A stretch of 32,000 bases of DNA from NCBI RefSeq assembly GCF_000017305.1, contig NC_009806.1:120001-152000 (forward strand). The letters are read 5' to 3'. The notes under the pieces were generated by a model. The model had not been told where the DNA came from. It made no database searches and was given only the letters and a program-made list of their open reading frames with translations. The DNA is from Kineococcus radiotolerans SRS30216 = ATCC BAA-149 (lineage in GTDB: Bacteria; Actinomycetota; Actinomycetes; Actinomycetales; Kineococcaceae). Both the position numbers and the translations under genes were made by a program. Positions 1 to 9,109 of this stretch are shown here, piece after piece (the first letter of the stretch is position 1; each line of letters starts with the position of its first letter).

Positions 1-206
1 TCGGGTAGGTACACCCAGATGCCGACGATGACCGCGACGGCGACCACGATGATGCCGACGATGAGCCAGATCAACCTGGGCGGCAGGCCGCCTGCGGTGT
101 TCGTCGGGGAGACGTTGCTGGCCTTACCGGCTCGGTCCGGATCGCGGTCTGCGATCGGTGGAGATTTCTTGGCCGACTTGTCGACGGCGCTCTCTGGATC
201 GGCCAT
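1..206 (-). CDS. Hypothetical membrane-anchored protein, 5' part only (gene runs off the left edge)
   Basis: Not in the ORF track because it is truncated. Minus-strand ATG at 204-206 gives MADPESAVDKSAKKSPPIADRDPDRAGKASNVSPTNTAGGLPPRLIWLIVGIIVVAVAVIVGIWVYLP. Codons are GC3-rich and there is a clear TM helix. Confidence 0.55.
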   Translation of the reverse strand, partial: MADPESAVDKSAKKSPPIADRDPDRAGKASNVSPTNTAGGLPPRLIWLIVGIIVVAVAVIVGIWVYLP

Positions 207-216
207 GCCAAGGGAT

Positions 217-229
217 CTTGCCGCTCGCT
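217..229 (+). promoter_or_regulatory. Conserved 13-nt box CTTGCCGCTCGCT, copy 1, 11 nt upstream of the minus-strand ATG at 206
   Basis: The exact 13-mer recurs at 432-444. Its 11-nt core CTTGCCGCTCG recurs on the other strand at 12538-12548 and with one mismatch at 12472-12484. It sits inside GGATC-N16-GATCC (213-238). Confidence 0.4.
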
Positions 230-431
230 CGTTGATCCGTCTCGTGGACGCTGGCACAGAGTGCACTACCGCGTCGCGGCGCACATCGGTGATGCCGCGA
301 TCTGCGTGGCTTCGGGGACGGGAAAGACGCGGGCACTGAGGAGGCCCTCAGCCGCGCTTGGTCGCAAGGAGACGTCAGTGGCCGTCGGGGCGCGAACTGT
401 GCGTACTCGACGCGCCGGGCTCACGTTAACC

Positions 432-444
432 CTTGCCGCTCGCT
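432..444 (+). promoter_or_regulatory. Conserved 13-nt box CTTGCCGCTCGCT, copy 2
   Basis: Exact repeat of 217-229. It lies in the 383-bp non-coding gap 207-589. Confidence 0.4.
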
Positions 445-589
445 TGACAGTAGGGGTACGCTCAAGCTGAGGTTCCCGGCGTAGCCCTCGGATTCGAGCG
501 ATCCCAAACCGTCGCTCACACATGTCACACACCCCCGCCTGTGTCACAGCGAAGACGCTGGCCTCGGAAGCGGTTCTTCACCTCGCGCT

Positions 590-1192
590 TCAGGCCCCCA
601 GAGCGGCGCTGGGGGGTTCTTCTCCCCCGGCACTGCTACCGAGCGAGCCCTCGATGGTGAGGGGGCTGGCACTCGCGGCTGGTGCTGGATCGGCGCCACC
701 TTGGGGCTCCTGATCGGGGGTGCGGCGACGGTTCCAGTACGCGCGCATCGCCTGGCTCTGGCGAGCGCTACCGGCCGGGCTGGGTCCGCGCCGGGTCTGC
801 TCGGGCGCGGGCGGGAAGAGCTGGCCGTCGTTGTACTGCTCCTCCAGCAGCTCGCACATCAGCGTCATCCCGGCGATGACCAGCTCGGACTTGGTGTTGA
901 AGCCGTCCACCTCCAGCTGGGTCCAGTACCAGGCGTTCTTGGCCCGCTCCTCCAGCTCCTTCGGGGTGTAGTGGCTGTGCGCTCGCAGCCCCGTCGAGCG
1001 GTCAGGGTTGTAGCGCCCGCCGCGGCGCGCTTCGGCAAGGGGTGCCGCCGGGGACTCCACCGACTCCTTGCCAATGTGTCCTGCCTTGCCGTTGCGGGGT
1101 TCGCTGCCGAACGGATCGGCAAGGGGGCTGTCGTGGGTCTCCGGGTCCTCGCTCACCGGCCCGCCTCTCGGCTTCGTAGCGGGTAGTGACAT
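590..1192 (-). CDS. Putative ribbon-helix-helix DNA-binding protein with disordered flanks (ParB/ParG-like C-terminal fold suspected); start uncertain
   Basis: ORF track, 200 aa. The segment LRAHSHY / TPKELEERAKNAWYWTQ / TKSELVIAGMTLMCELLEEQY reads as strand-helix-helix. GC3 is very high from codon 45 on. The first 44 codons contain TCA, CTA, CTT, GCA, GGA and ATT and carry the CCTTGCC boxes, so the true start may be GTG at 1060 (AAGGAG 3 nt upstream). Confidence 0.6.
   Translation of the reverse strand: MSLPATKPRGGPVSEDPETHDSPLADPFGSEPRNGKAGHIGKESVESPAAPLAEARRGGRYNPDRSTGLRAHSHYTPKELEERAKNAWYWTQLEVDGFNTKSELVIAGMTLMCELLEEQYNDGQLFPPAPEQTRRGPSPAGSARQSQAMRAYWNRRRTPDQEPQGGADPAPAASASPLTIEGSLGSSAGGEEPPSAALGA
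1033..1126 (-). promoter_or_regulatory. Cluster of four CCTTGCC(G) boxes forming two 7-8-bp inverted-repeat pairs, each with a 25-nt spacer
   Basis: CGGCAAGG 1033-1040, CCTTGCC 1066-1072, CCTTGCCG 1084-1091, CGGCAAGG 1117-1124. The 12-mer ATCGGCAAGGGG (1115-1126) recurs at 12495-12506 and as its reverse complement at 2329-2340. Confidence 0.35.
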
Positions 1193-1258
1193 GCCACATC
1201 GGGACGGCGTGGCTGTGACATGTCACTACTGCCGGCTGCGCAGGGTGCCTCGTTCACA

Positions 1259-2209
1259 TCAGCTCCCGTCGGAGGCGGTGGTGATCTTCCCCGGCGCCCA
1301 CGAGCCGCTGCCCTTGCTGACGCGGACTGTCGACAGCTCGCGTTCGGTGCGCTCCCCCTGACCGTCGAGGGCCGCCCACATGACGACGACGTCGACGACG
1401 ATGGGCAGATCCTGGGTGTCGTCGCGGCCGGTGCGCAGGACGGCGTGCGCCTGCTGGTGCGGTTGCGTCCACCCACCGGCTTCCACATCGGAGGCAAGGG
1501 CCTGCCAAGCGACCTCGAGCAGCTCCTGACCATCAGTCGACCCCAGCAGGGCCGGGTCGGTGATGGCGCGGTCCCGCGGCAGCGAGCTGTTGAGGAGGTC
1601 CTGCAGGACCTGGTCGCTGACCGGCCCTGCCAAGGTGTCCTCGGGCGTGGGGATCGAGGATGCGTCCTCGCCCGCCGCGGGCGTGGGCGGGGAGGGGGCG
1701 ACGCTGTCGGTGGTGGATGCGGCCGGCGGAAGCACGGGATGTGGAGCTCCTGCGGTCGTCGTGAGCGCCGGCGGCGCCGGGGACGACGCGCTGCCGCCCT
1801 CGACGTTGCCCGTGGGAGGCGTGGTGGCTTGCCGTTCGGTGGCGGTCGTCGAGGTGGCGGCAGGCGTGGGCGCCTCCCACGGCAAGGGAACAGGCAGCAA
1901 GCAGAGTGCCCCGACCACCGCCAGCAGCGCCGCGGCGCACGACGGCAGCAGCACGCTCCGACCGGGGACTGCGCGTTCGGGGCCTTCGACGTCGTCTCCG
2001 TCGTGCCCTCCGTCTCCGTCATCCCGGTCGTCTTCGTCGCTGAGGTCGTCCTCGGGGAGCTCGGCCAGGAGGTCGTCAGACTCCAGGCGCCGCGCGTCGG
2101 AGGCAGACGCGTTCGGCGAGGACGCATCGGGGAAGTCATCGGGGTCGGGATCGCTCGCAGCGAGCGGGCGGGTGCGGCGGCGGTCTGTACGGGCGGTGAT
2201 CGGTTGCAT
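1259..2209 (-). CDS. Hypothetical single-pass membrane protein: acidic N-terminus, TM, Pro/Thr/Ala-rich linker, C-terminal globular domain
   Basis: Of four overlapping long ORFs, only this frame has a natural amino-acid composition; the others are Arg/Pro/Gly-rich. AGGAG lies 9 nt before the ATG at 2207-2209. TM segment: VLLPSCAAALLAVVGALCLLPV. Confidence 0.75.
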   Translation of the reverse strand: MQPITARTDRRRTRPLAASDPDPDDFPDASSPNASASDARRLESDDLLAELPEDDLSDEDDRDDGDGGHDGDDVEGPERAVPGRSVLLPSCAAALLAVVGALCLLPVPLPWEAPTPAATSTTATERQATTPPTGNVEGGSASSPAPPALTTTAGAPHPVLPPAASTTDSVAPSPPTPAAGEDASSIPTPEDTLAGPVSDQVLQDLLNSSLPRDRAITDPALLGSTDGQELLEVAWQALASDVEAGGWTQPHQQAHAVLRTGRDDTQDLPIVVDVVVMWAALDGQGERTERELSTVRVSKGSGSWAPGKITTASDGS

Positions 2210-2328
2210 CCTTGGGCTCCTGTTGATCGGTTCTGGGCGTGGCGCTCGCGGTCAGCTCGGCCTGCTCCTTCACGGAGGTAGGTGCTGCCGGGGGTGCGGT
2301 TGCGACAGGAGCACGTCGTCGTATCTGG

Positions 2329-2358
2329 CCCCTTGCCGATGTGGGACTGACCTTGCCG
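2329..2358 (+). promoter_or_regulatory. Two direct CCTTGCCG boxes 20 bp apart in the 236-bp gap 2210-2445
   Basis: CCCCTTGCCGAT 2329-2340 (a 12-mer shared with 1115-1126 and 12495-12506 on the opposite strand) and CCTTGCCG 2351-2358. Confidence 0.35.
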
Positions 2359-2445
2359 GCGGCGGTGTCCGCTGGATCTCGGCGCTCGCTGGCCTGCTGA
2401 GAGGGACGCGTGCTGCTCAGGCGTGGGCTTGGACGTCGGCCTGAC

Positions 2446-3681
2446 TCAGGGGAAGTGGACGGCGCCGGCGTAGGAGCTCATCCAGACGGCCTCTTCGCGC
2501 ACGAAGGTGCCGGTGCGGGGGGCGTTGATCATCTGTCCCCCGCCGAGGTAGATGGCGACGTGGTAGATGCCGGTACCGGCGCCCGGGTTGGAGCCGAAGA
2601 AGATCAGGTCGCCGGGGGCGACGGCTTCCAGGCCGGCTGAGCGCGGGATGCGCTGCCCCTGCAGGGACTGCTGGGAGGACACGCGGGGTAGCTGGATGCC
2701 GGCGACGGCGTAGGCGTACTGGGTCAGACCGCTGCAGTCGAAGCCGACCGTGTTGGCTCCTCGACCGAAGCCGCGGGAGGGCCCACCGATGACGGTGCCG
2801 CCCGGGCCCGGGCGTCCCGATCCGCCGCCCCAGGAGTACGGCGTGCCGGTCCACTGCCGGGCGGCGGCGATGACGACCGCGGCTCGGCCGCTGGCTTCGG
2901 GGACGGCCGCTCCCCCGGCGGCCACCCCGATCTGGTCGAAGGTGTCGATGTTGGCCAGGACCTTGGCCACGTAGGTCTGCGAGCGGTTGTAGCCGTACAG
3001 GGCGGTGCTCAGCTGCTCGCGGTTGGAGAGGTCCTTCGCGCTGGTGCCGCAGAGGTGGACCACCGCGCCGAGGGTGACGTCGTAGGCGTTGTGCGGGTCC
3101 GCGACGCCGTCGCCGTTGCCGTCGCGGCCGTAGGCGACCCAACTGGTGGGGATGAACTGCACCGCTCCCACGGCACGGTCGTAGACGGTGTCGCCGTCCC
3201 AGCGCCCGCCGTCGGTGTCGTAGATGGCGGTGCGGTTGCCGCCGACGCCGGAGCCGTTCAGCGCTGGGCCGATGATGTGCGGGGTGATGTCGCCGGTGGG
3301 GCTGATCTGTCGCCCGGCGGCGAGGTTGGACTCCACCTGAGCGATGCCGGCCAGGATCGACCAGCGCATGCCGGTGCACTTCGGTGCCACGGTGGGAGTG
3401 GCCGCGGCCGCCTTGCCGAAGGCGTCCAGCAGGACCGCGTTGACGCCGGGCACCGAGGACGGGGCCAGTCCTGAAACACCGCCGCCCCCGCCGCTGAGCG
3501 CGGACACCACGACCAAGAGCAGGACCGCGACTGCCGCGACCACCGCCAACATCAGACCCGCCGCGGCGCCGACGATCCACTTCAGGGGGCCACCCCCCTT
3601 GCCGTTCCCTGCGCCGTCGACCTTGCCGGTGGCGTCCGTGCCAGCACCCGTCCCCGGCCGCGGGGTCGTGATGGTCGCCAT
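2446..3681 (-). CDS. Bifunctional cell-wall hydrolase: N-terminal TM anchor, lytic transglycosylase-like domain, C-terminal NlpC/P60 (TcpG / Tn916 Orf14 / VirB1 analogue)
   Basis: 411 aa. AGIAQVESN and GAVQFIPTSW are transglycosylase-like motifs. TPYSWGGG ... GFDCSGL ... IYHVAIYLG is the NlpC/P60 Cys-His signature. It lies directly downstream of the VirB6-like gene (3-nt gap). Confidence 0.9.
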   Translation of the reverse strand: MATITTPRPGTGAGTDATGKVDGAGNGKGGGPLKWIVGAAAGLMLAVVAAVAVLLLVVVSALSGGGGGVSGLAPSSVPGVNAVLLDAFGKAAAATPTVAPKCTGMRWSILAGIAQVESNLAAGRQISPTGDITPHIIGPALNGSGVGGNRTAIYDTDGGRWDGDTVYDRAVGAVQFIPTSWVAYGRDGNGDGVADPHNAYDVTLGAVVHLCGTSAKDLSNREQLSTALYGYNRSQTYVAKVLANIDTFDQIGVAAGGAAVPEASGRAAVVIAAARQWTGTPYSWGGGSGRPGPGGTVIGGPSRGFGRGANTVGFDCSGLTQYAYAVAGIQLPRVSSQQSLQGQRIPRSAGLEAVAPGDLIFFGSNPGAGTGIYHVAIYLGGGQMINAPRTGTFVREEAVWMSSYAGAVHFP

Positions 3682-3684
3682 GAC

Positions 3685-6018
3685 TCAGGCCGACTTCTTG
3701 CCGAAGCGGAAGCGGGGCATGCGAGATCCGGCGGCAGGTCGCGGCGGAGCAGTTGCGCGAGCAGCTTCAACGCGGCCGGCTTGCCGGTTGCGAGCCGCGG
3801 CGGCGGTCCGCCGCGGAGATGCGCCAGGGCGGGCACCGGTACGGGTGGAGCTCATGCCAGCGGTCGGTGCGGCGCTCGATCCAGCGCCCTTGGGGGTGGA
3901 CAGGCCGATGGCTGCTGCGGTCACGGCCGGGGCGGCCGCGCGACCTGCCGCCTTGCCGATCGCGACCGCGGGACGGGCAGCCGTGGCCAGGCCGTCGCGG
4001 TACTCCCCCGCGAACGCTTTGCCCTGGCCCACCTTGCGCTGCACGACCCCGCGAGCGGCTGCGGCGCGAGAGCGAGCGGCGGCCTTGACGATGCGGGTCG
4101 CCCGCGGCACGTAGACGGGAGCCCCGATGGTGGCCTTGGCGGCCACTCCCGCTACACCTCCGGCAAGGCTCGCCGCGGTGACCCCGGCCTTGACGACGCG
4201 GTTGCTGGTTACGCGCTGCAGGATGCGCTGGGCGGCGTTGCCTCCCCCGGCTGCTGCAGCGCCACCGACCGCGCCACCGCTCGAGGCGCCAGAACCGCCG
4301 AGCGCGCGGCCACCGGCGGCGCGCATGGCTGCGGCCTGCCCAATGGCCTGACGGGCCTGGGACAGCTTGGGCATCTGGGCCGGTCGGGCCTTGCCGCCGC
4401 CGCTGAAGGCGGCCGCCTTCTCCGCCATCCGCCGGGCGCGCTCGCTGATGCGTTTGCGCGCGACGACGGTCACGACGATGAAGGAGATGACCATCGCGTC
4501 GACGATGAAGAAGCGCACCAGCATGTCCGTGTTGGTCTTGGTGGTCAGGACCCCACGTAGGAAGACGCAGTAGAGCGCAAGCAGGATGATCAGGCCAGCG
4601 ACGGTGAGCACGGCCCCGAGCAGGCCTGCGACCGAGCTCCACAGGCCGCTGCGTTCGCCGGGCAGGATCGCCAGGATGACGTCGATGATCAACTTCACGG
4701 CGAAGAAGATGACCATCAGGGTCGCCAGGAAGATCAGGACGACCAGGACGATGCCCAGGGCGGCCAGAGCACCGCCGGCGGGGGTGAGGATCGCGATGGC
4801 TCCCACCCCGGTCCAGCCGGGGTCGTCGGCCCAGTCCTTCAGCTTCTCGTCGCAGTCGCCGACGGCCGAGCGCGCGGAGTCGTCGTCGGAGTCGTAGGGC
4901 CCGCCGGCCAGGGCCTTGTCGTAGGCGCTCTGGCAGGAGGTGCCGTCGATGACGCGGCCGTAGTTGATCATCTGGTGCGGCAGGCGGACGAAGGTGTCGA
5001 CCATGGCCCCGCCGGTCTTCTGCTCGATCAGTCCCGGGTCGGGGGTGGCGCTCTTGCCGTCGCTGGTGATGACGGTGGCCACGGCCTGACCTGCGTCGCG
5101 CGCGCCGTAGAGCACCCCGTGGGGACCGGTGATGAGCGCGACGGGATTGGCCAGGGCCCCGGCGGCCAGGACGGCGATGGTGGTCGAGACCAGCAGCTGC
5201 ACCAGGCCCTTGGCGAAGCGGCCGCTGGCGATGATGCACCCGACCCACAGGCCCATGACGACCAGCGCCAGTCCCCGCAGGCCCAGCTTGGCGATGACGT
5301 CGTTCTGCAAGGTCAGGGCCACCGGCTTGATCGCCTCGACCAGCCACTGCACCCACTCCATCTGCAGGGCCAGGTTGATCATGGCGACGGCCGCACCCAC
5401 GGTCCAGCGGTAGGCCTCCCACATCCCCGACAGCAGCACCCCGTTGGTGATCAGCTTCATCGCGTTCGTGACCCCGCCGGTGTCCACGCTGAGCTGGTAC
5501 TTCCCGATCGACAGCTCATGCGTGTCCGCCGCGTCCAACGGCGCCAACGGGCCACTGGACGACGTCGAGCCACCACCCGTCGCCGCGCTACCCGTTGCCG
5601 CACCGGCGCCGCCGGCGCTCGCGGGCGGAGCCGCTGGGTCTGCCGGAGCTGACGGGGTCGCCGGGGTCGCCGGGGTCGCGGAGCTCGCCGTGCCAGTGGA
5701 GGGAGTGGCGGCCGCCGACTGCTCCGGGGCCGGGCGCGAGGAACGTTCTCGCTGCGCTCCAGCAGACGCTTCGGGAGAGGGACTGTCTCTGTCCTGCGTA
5801 GCGTCGCTGCTGATGTCGTAGCCGGGCGCGTTCGGGGAGACCCGCCCGGTAGTCACCGCCGTGGAGGTCGCGGCGGGGACACCGGCCCAGGCCGAGGCGG
5901 GCTGGAGCAGCTGCACTCCTGCCAGCACGCACACCAGCACGCACAGCAGTACGCCGGTGACAGCCCACCGCGCGCGATGAGGGGTACCGGGGCGGCGCGA
6001 GGGCTGAAGGACCCTCAT
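3685..6018 (-). CDS. Polytopic membrane protein, VirB6/TrbL/TcpH-like T4SS channel component, with a long Ala/Gly/Arg-rich C-terminal tail
   Basis: 777 aa with a signal-like N-terminus and at least 6 hydrophobic helices in the central part. It sits between the VirB4-like and hydrolase genes as in Tn916 orf15. Its start overlaps the VirB4-like stop by 4 nt. Confidence 0.7.
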   Translation of the reverse strand: MRVLQPSRRPGTPHRARWAVTGVLLCVLVCVLAGVQLLQPASAWAGVPAATSTAVTTGRVSPNAPGYDISSDATQDRDSPSPEASAGAQRERSSRPAPEQSAAATPSTGTASSATPATPATPSAPADPAAPPASAGGAGAATGSAATGGGSTSSSGPLAPLDAADTHELSIGKYQLSVDTGGVTNAMKLITNGVLLSGMWEAYRWTVGAAVAMINLALQMEWVQWLVEAIKPVALTLQNDVIAKLGLRGLALVVMGLWVGCIIASGRFAKGLVQLLVSTTIAVLAAGALANPVALITGPHGVLYGARDAGQAVATVITSDGKSATPDPGLIEQKTGGAMVDTFVRLPHQMINYGRVIDGTSCQSAYDKALAGGPYDSDDDSARSAVGDCDEKLKDWADDPGWTGVGAIAILTPAGGALAALGIVLVVLIFLATLMVIFFAVKLIIDVILAILPGERSGLWSSVAGLLGAVLTVAGLIILLALYCVFLRGVLTTKTNTDMLVRFFIVDAMVISFIVVTVVARKRISERARRMAEKAAAFSGGGKARPAQMPKLSQARQAIGQAAAMRAAGGRALGGSGASSGGAVGGAAAAGGGNAAQRILQRVTSNRVVKAGVTAASLAGGVAGVAAKATIGAPVYVPRATRIVKAAARSRAAAARGVVQRKVGQGKAFAGEYRDGLATAARPAVAIGKAAGRAAAPAVTAAAIGLSTPKGAGSSAAPTAGMSSTRTGARPGASPRRTAAAARNRQAGRVEAARATAPPRPAAGSRMPRFRFGKKSA

Positions 6019-9000
6019 CCCTGGTCCTCGTCCCGGTCCTGGGGCTCGCCCTCGGGCTGGTGGCTGGTACTGGTGGGGGCGGCGCTGCGTCGCGGGCTGG
6101 CCTTCTTGCGCCGGCTGGGCGGCAGGGCTGCGCCGGGTGCACTGGAGGCTTCAGGGGCTGCTGCGGCGGTGACGTCCGCCGCTTGAGCTTGGTTGCGTAC
6201 GCGCGTGGGCTTGTCCAGGACGGCGGCCGCCGTGCCGGTGCTGGCGGTGCTGGTGCGCTGGGGACGTCGGATCGGTGTGGCCGGGCTCGTCGTCGACGGG
6301 CTCGTCGTCGACGGGCTCGTCGTCGACGGGCTTGTCGTCGAAGGAGGCGTCACGCGCGAGGTGGTGCGCCCGGTGCGCGTCCCGGGCTCGAGAGCGGAGG
6401 TCGCGGGTCGGGTCGCGTCACTGCGGGTGGCGGGGCGGGTGGCCGGGGGCGTGGCCGCAGCGGTCGAGGGGCTGGTGGGCTGCTTGAGCAGCTTGGAGCT
6501 GCTGGCGCGGGGCGTGGTCGAGTAGGCGATGCGGCGGGCTTCGAGGGCTGGACCGAGGATGCGGACCCGACCGATGCGGCGGTAGGAGTCGCGGAAGATG
6601 CCCTCCCCGCGCCGTTCCGGGTCGACCTTGCCGTCGGGGTCGGCGGGGTCTCGCGGAGACAGGTCGCCGGTGATCTCGTCGAGGTGCTCCTGGGTCGGCT
6701 CCAGGCCGATCCACTCCAGCGCCTTGCGGGCGAGGTTCTCGTCGGTCAGGCGCATGACGAGGCGGTAGGGAATCAGCCCACGCAGCGTCGGGGAGCCGAA
6801 GTCGTTCTCGCAGTCCTGTGAGCCCAAGCCGGCGGCCGCGCCGACCTTGCGGCCCTCGCGGACGAAGATCTCCAGCTCCTGCTCGCCTTCGATCGAGGCG
6901 GTGATGTGGTGGCACTCATCGCAGACGAAGAAGACGAGCTCGTCGGGATCGGCGAAGGCCACCGCGCGCGCCAGGGACATCAGCAGGGCGTACATGGCGC
7001 GCCCGAAGTGCTTCTCGGGGTCCATCTTGCGGAACAGGTGCTCGTTGAGGAGTTCGGCGCGGGTGGGCAGCTGCAGGCCGTGGGTGGTGAAGATCAGGGC
7101 GCGGGAGGACCACAGGTCCAGGGCCGGCAGCGTCTGGTCGAACAGGACCCGGGCGTAGCTCTTGGTGCGCAGGCCCCGCAGCTTGCGGCCCAGCTCGTTC
7201 GCGCCGGGCAGGTCGTGGCGGGCGGGGTCGAGCAGGTGCTCGGTCAGGGTCTGCAGGCTGTCGATGTCGTGCTTGGCCCGGTAGGCGGGGTCGGTGGTGT
7301 AGGTCAGGGCCAGCTCGACGTCGCTGTCGGGAACGATCGACAGCAGCGGGGTCAGCAGGCGCTGGGCCAGGCGGGAGCCTTCGTCGCCGGGGAACATGCG
7401 CAGCGGGTCCAGGCTCCACTCCAGGTACACGCCAGCGTCGAGGTTGTCCAAGACGGCGGCGACGGTGCACGAACCCAGCGAGCGGCCGAACGGGACGTAC
7501 TCGCCGGTGGATGAGCGGTCGATGCTGACCAGGCGAGCGCCGCGGTCCACGAGGGCGCCGGCCAGCGACTTCAAGGCGTAGGACTTCCCGCTGCCGAGCT
7601 CACCGGCGACGGCGACGGCGGCGGAGAAGTTGGCCAGGATGGTGGCGAACAGGTCGACCATGACCACCGATGTGGCCAAGGTGGTCTCGTTGACCGCCCA
7701 CAGGGCTCCGCGTCCATCGCCCAGGGCGCTGGAGACGTTCGGGACGGCGGCCGAGAACCCTTCTGAGAGGGAGATCTGGGTCAGGTCGTTGAACTTCTTG
7801 GGCCAGGCGGTGCCGGGCAGCATCGCCCACCAGGCGTCCTGCTGCTCCCCCAGCGGCCGCTCCAGGGGGTGGCCGAAGGCGTTGTAGAAGCGGGCGAGCG
7901 TGGCGCCGTTGATCAGGGCCTGTTCCCGGGTGGCGGCGCTGGTGGCGAAGAAGGTGATGGTCTGCAGCTCGACCTCGAGCTTGTCCTTGGCCAGCAGCGC
8001 CTGGTACTCGGTGAGGGCTGCGGCGACGGTGTCCAGCTCGTGGCTGCCGGTGGAGATCTCCCCTTCGCGCTGCATGTACTGGTCGTTGAGGTTCTTCACG
8101 GCGCGCTGGTTGCGGGAGAGGACTTCTTCGCGGGCGGTGTTGCGCATCCGCACGGCCCAGTCCACGGGCACGCCGCTGTCTTCGGCCTTGCCCAGCCACT
8201 CGGTGCCGGGGAAGACCGCACCGGCCGTGGGCGTCCCGGCGAGGACGGCCAGGGACTGGTAGGAGACCAGTGTGTCGTCGTCGGTGTCGACGATCTTGAG
8301 GACCTTGCGTTGGGACGGCAGCAGGCGTCGCAGTCGGGCGCGGAACCCCTTGCGCCAGCCGTCGGCGGGTACGTCGCTGACGGCGGCCTCGTCCAGGATG
8401 AGTCGCCCGATGCGCCCTGGGGAGGCCATGTGCTGCACCGCGGCGAGCTCGTGCTCGGTCATGTCGGCAGCGGCCTTGAGCTCGTCGGTGCTGGGGGCCG
8501 GCGGCAGCCAGGTGTCGTGCTGGCCCAGCCCGCGGGTCTGGGCGTGGCGGTAGAGCCACACGGTCTCGGCGGCGGTGGCTGGGCGGGCGTTGAAGGGGCC
8601 GGGGATGAGGGCCTGAATCTCGGCTGCCTGCTGCAGGCGGTCGGCCAGGATCGCGGTGGCCGGGACTCCCCGAGGGGCTCCGAGCTTGTTCAGCAGGCTG
8701 GTGGTGCCGGCGCGCAGGGGCTCGCTCAGGCGGCTGGCGCCGCTGTTGCGCAGCGGGACGCTGAGCCAGTAGGTGCGCTCTGACAGGGGCAGGTCGGTCT
8801 CGAGGCGTTCGGTGGTGGCTTCGACCTCAGCGGCCCACTCCGGCAGTTCCTCCAGAGGGTGGTTCAGACCGCGCAGCATGTCCCGGATGACCTGGACGGG
8901 GTCGGTGTCGACCTCGAAGCCCAGGTGCAGGGACTCCCCGCCCAGGCTGCGGTAGAGCATCTGGTGCAGGACGCGGATCTGCTCCTTCTCCGCGACCGCG

Positions 9001-9101
9001 CGACGCCCGTAGGCCTGCCCCTGCAGCCGCCACGTCGCCCAGACGGTGCCGTCGCGGGAGAAGAGCAGGTGTCCGCAGAGGTTCTGGATGGGATGTTCCA
9101 T
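6015..9101 (-). CDS. VirB4/TcpF-like conjugative T4SS ATPase with a ~170-aa low-complexity C-terminal extension
   Basis: 1028 aa. Walker A: GELGSGKSY. Walker B-like: [11 protein letters not shown]. It lies directly after a TcpE-like gene. The tail contains PSTTS x4. Confidence 0.9.
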   Translation of the reverse strand: MEHPIQNLCGHLLFSRDGTVWATWRLQGQAYGRRAVAEKEQIRVLHQMLYRSLGGESLHLGFEVDTDPVQVIRDMLRGLNHPLEELPEWAAEVEATTERLETDLPLSERTYWLSVPLRNSGASRLSEPLRAGTTSLLNKLGAPRGVPATAILADRLQQAAEIQALIPGPFNARPATAAETVWLYRHAQTRGLGQHDTWLPPAPSTDELKAAADMTEHELAAVQHMASPGRIGRLILDEAAVSDVPADGWRKGFRARLRRLLPSQRKVLKIVDTDDDTLVSYQSLAVLAGTPTAGAVFPGTEWLGKAEDSGVPVDWAVRMRNTAREEVLSRNQRAVKNLNDQYMQREGEISTGSHELDTVAAALTEYQALLAKDKLEVELQTITFFATSAATREQALINGATLARFYNAFGHPLERPLGEQQDAWWAMLPGTAWPKKFNDLTQISLSEGFSAAVPNVSSALGDGRGALWAVNETTLATSVVMVDLFATILANFSAAVAVAGELGSGKSYALKSLAGALVDRGARLVSIDRSSTGEYVPFGRSLGSCTVAAVLDNLDAGVYLEWSLDPLRMFPGDEGSRLAQRLLTPLLSIVPDSDVELALTYTTDPAYRAKHDIDSLQTLTEHLLDPARHDLPGANELGRKLRGLRTKSYARVLFDQTLPALDLWSSRALIFTTHGLQLPTRAELLNEHLFRKMDPEKHFGRAMYALLMSLARAVAFADPDELVFFVCDECHHITASIEGEQELEIFVREGRKVGAAAGLGSQDCENDFGSPTLRGLIPYRLVMRLTDENLARKALEWIGLEPTQEHLDEITGDLSPRDPADPDGKVDPERRGEGIFRDSYRRIGRVRILGPALEARRIAYSTTPRASSSKLLKQPTSPSTAAATPPATRPATRSDATRPATSALEPGTRTGRTTSRVTPPSTTSPSTTSPSTTSPSTTSPATPIRRPQRTSTASTGTAAAVLDKPTRVRNQAQAADVTAAAAPEASSAPGAALPPSRRKKASPRRSAAPTSTSHQPEGEPQDRDEDQG
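6283..6342. repeat. 15-bp tandem repeat GGGCTCGTCGTCGAC x3 plus one degenerate unit, in frame in the VirB4-like tail
   Basis: Read directly from the sequence. It encodes (PSTTS)n on the minus strand. Confidence 0.9.
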
Positions 9102-9109
9102 GGTGGTGC

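Noticed and set aside
444-449. TTGACA hexamer as a plus-strand -35 promoter element
   Set aside because: There is no acceptable -10 at 16-18-nt spacing and no plus-strand gene downstream. The hexamer directly abuts the conserved 13-nt box (432-444), sharing only the box's last T.
3411-4396. Additional CCTTGCCG octamers inside coding sequence (for example 3411, 3597, 3621, 3951, 4389)
   Set aside because: On the coding (minus) strand they read GGC-AAG-G (Gly-Lys), which is frequent in the Gly/Lys/Ala-rich tails of these proteins. The octamer alone is therefore not diagnostic, and only the 11-13-nt versions in non-coding gaps were counted as boxes.
1153-5422. Alternative long ORFs 1153-2139(-), 1220-2281(+), 1560-2444(+), 2417-3580(-), 3767-5422(-), 3781-4560(+)
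   Set aside because: These are off-frame shadows of 1259-2209, 2446-3681 and 3685-6018. They have extreme Arg/Pro content and no recognisable motifs or RBS.
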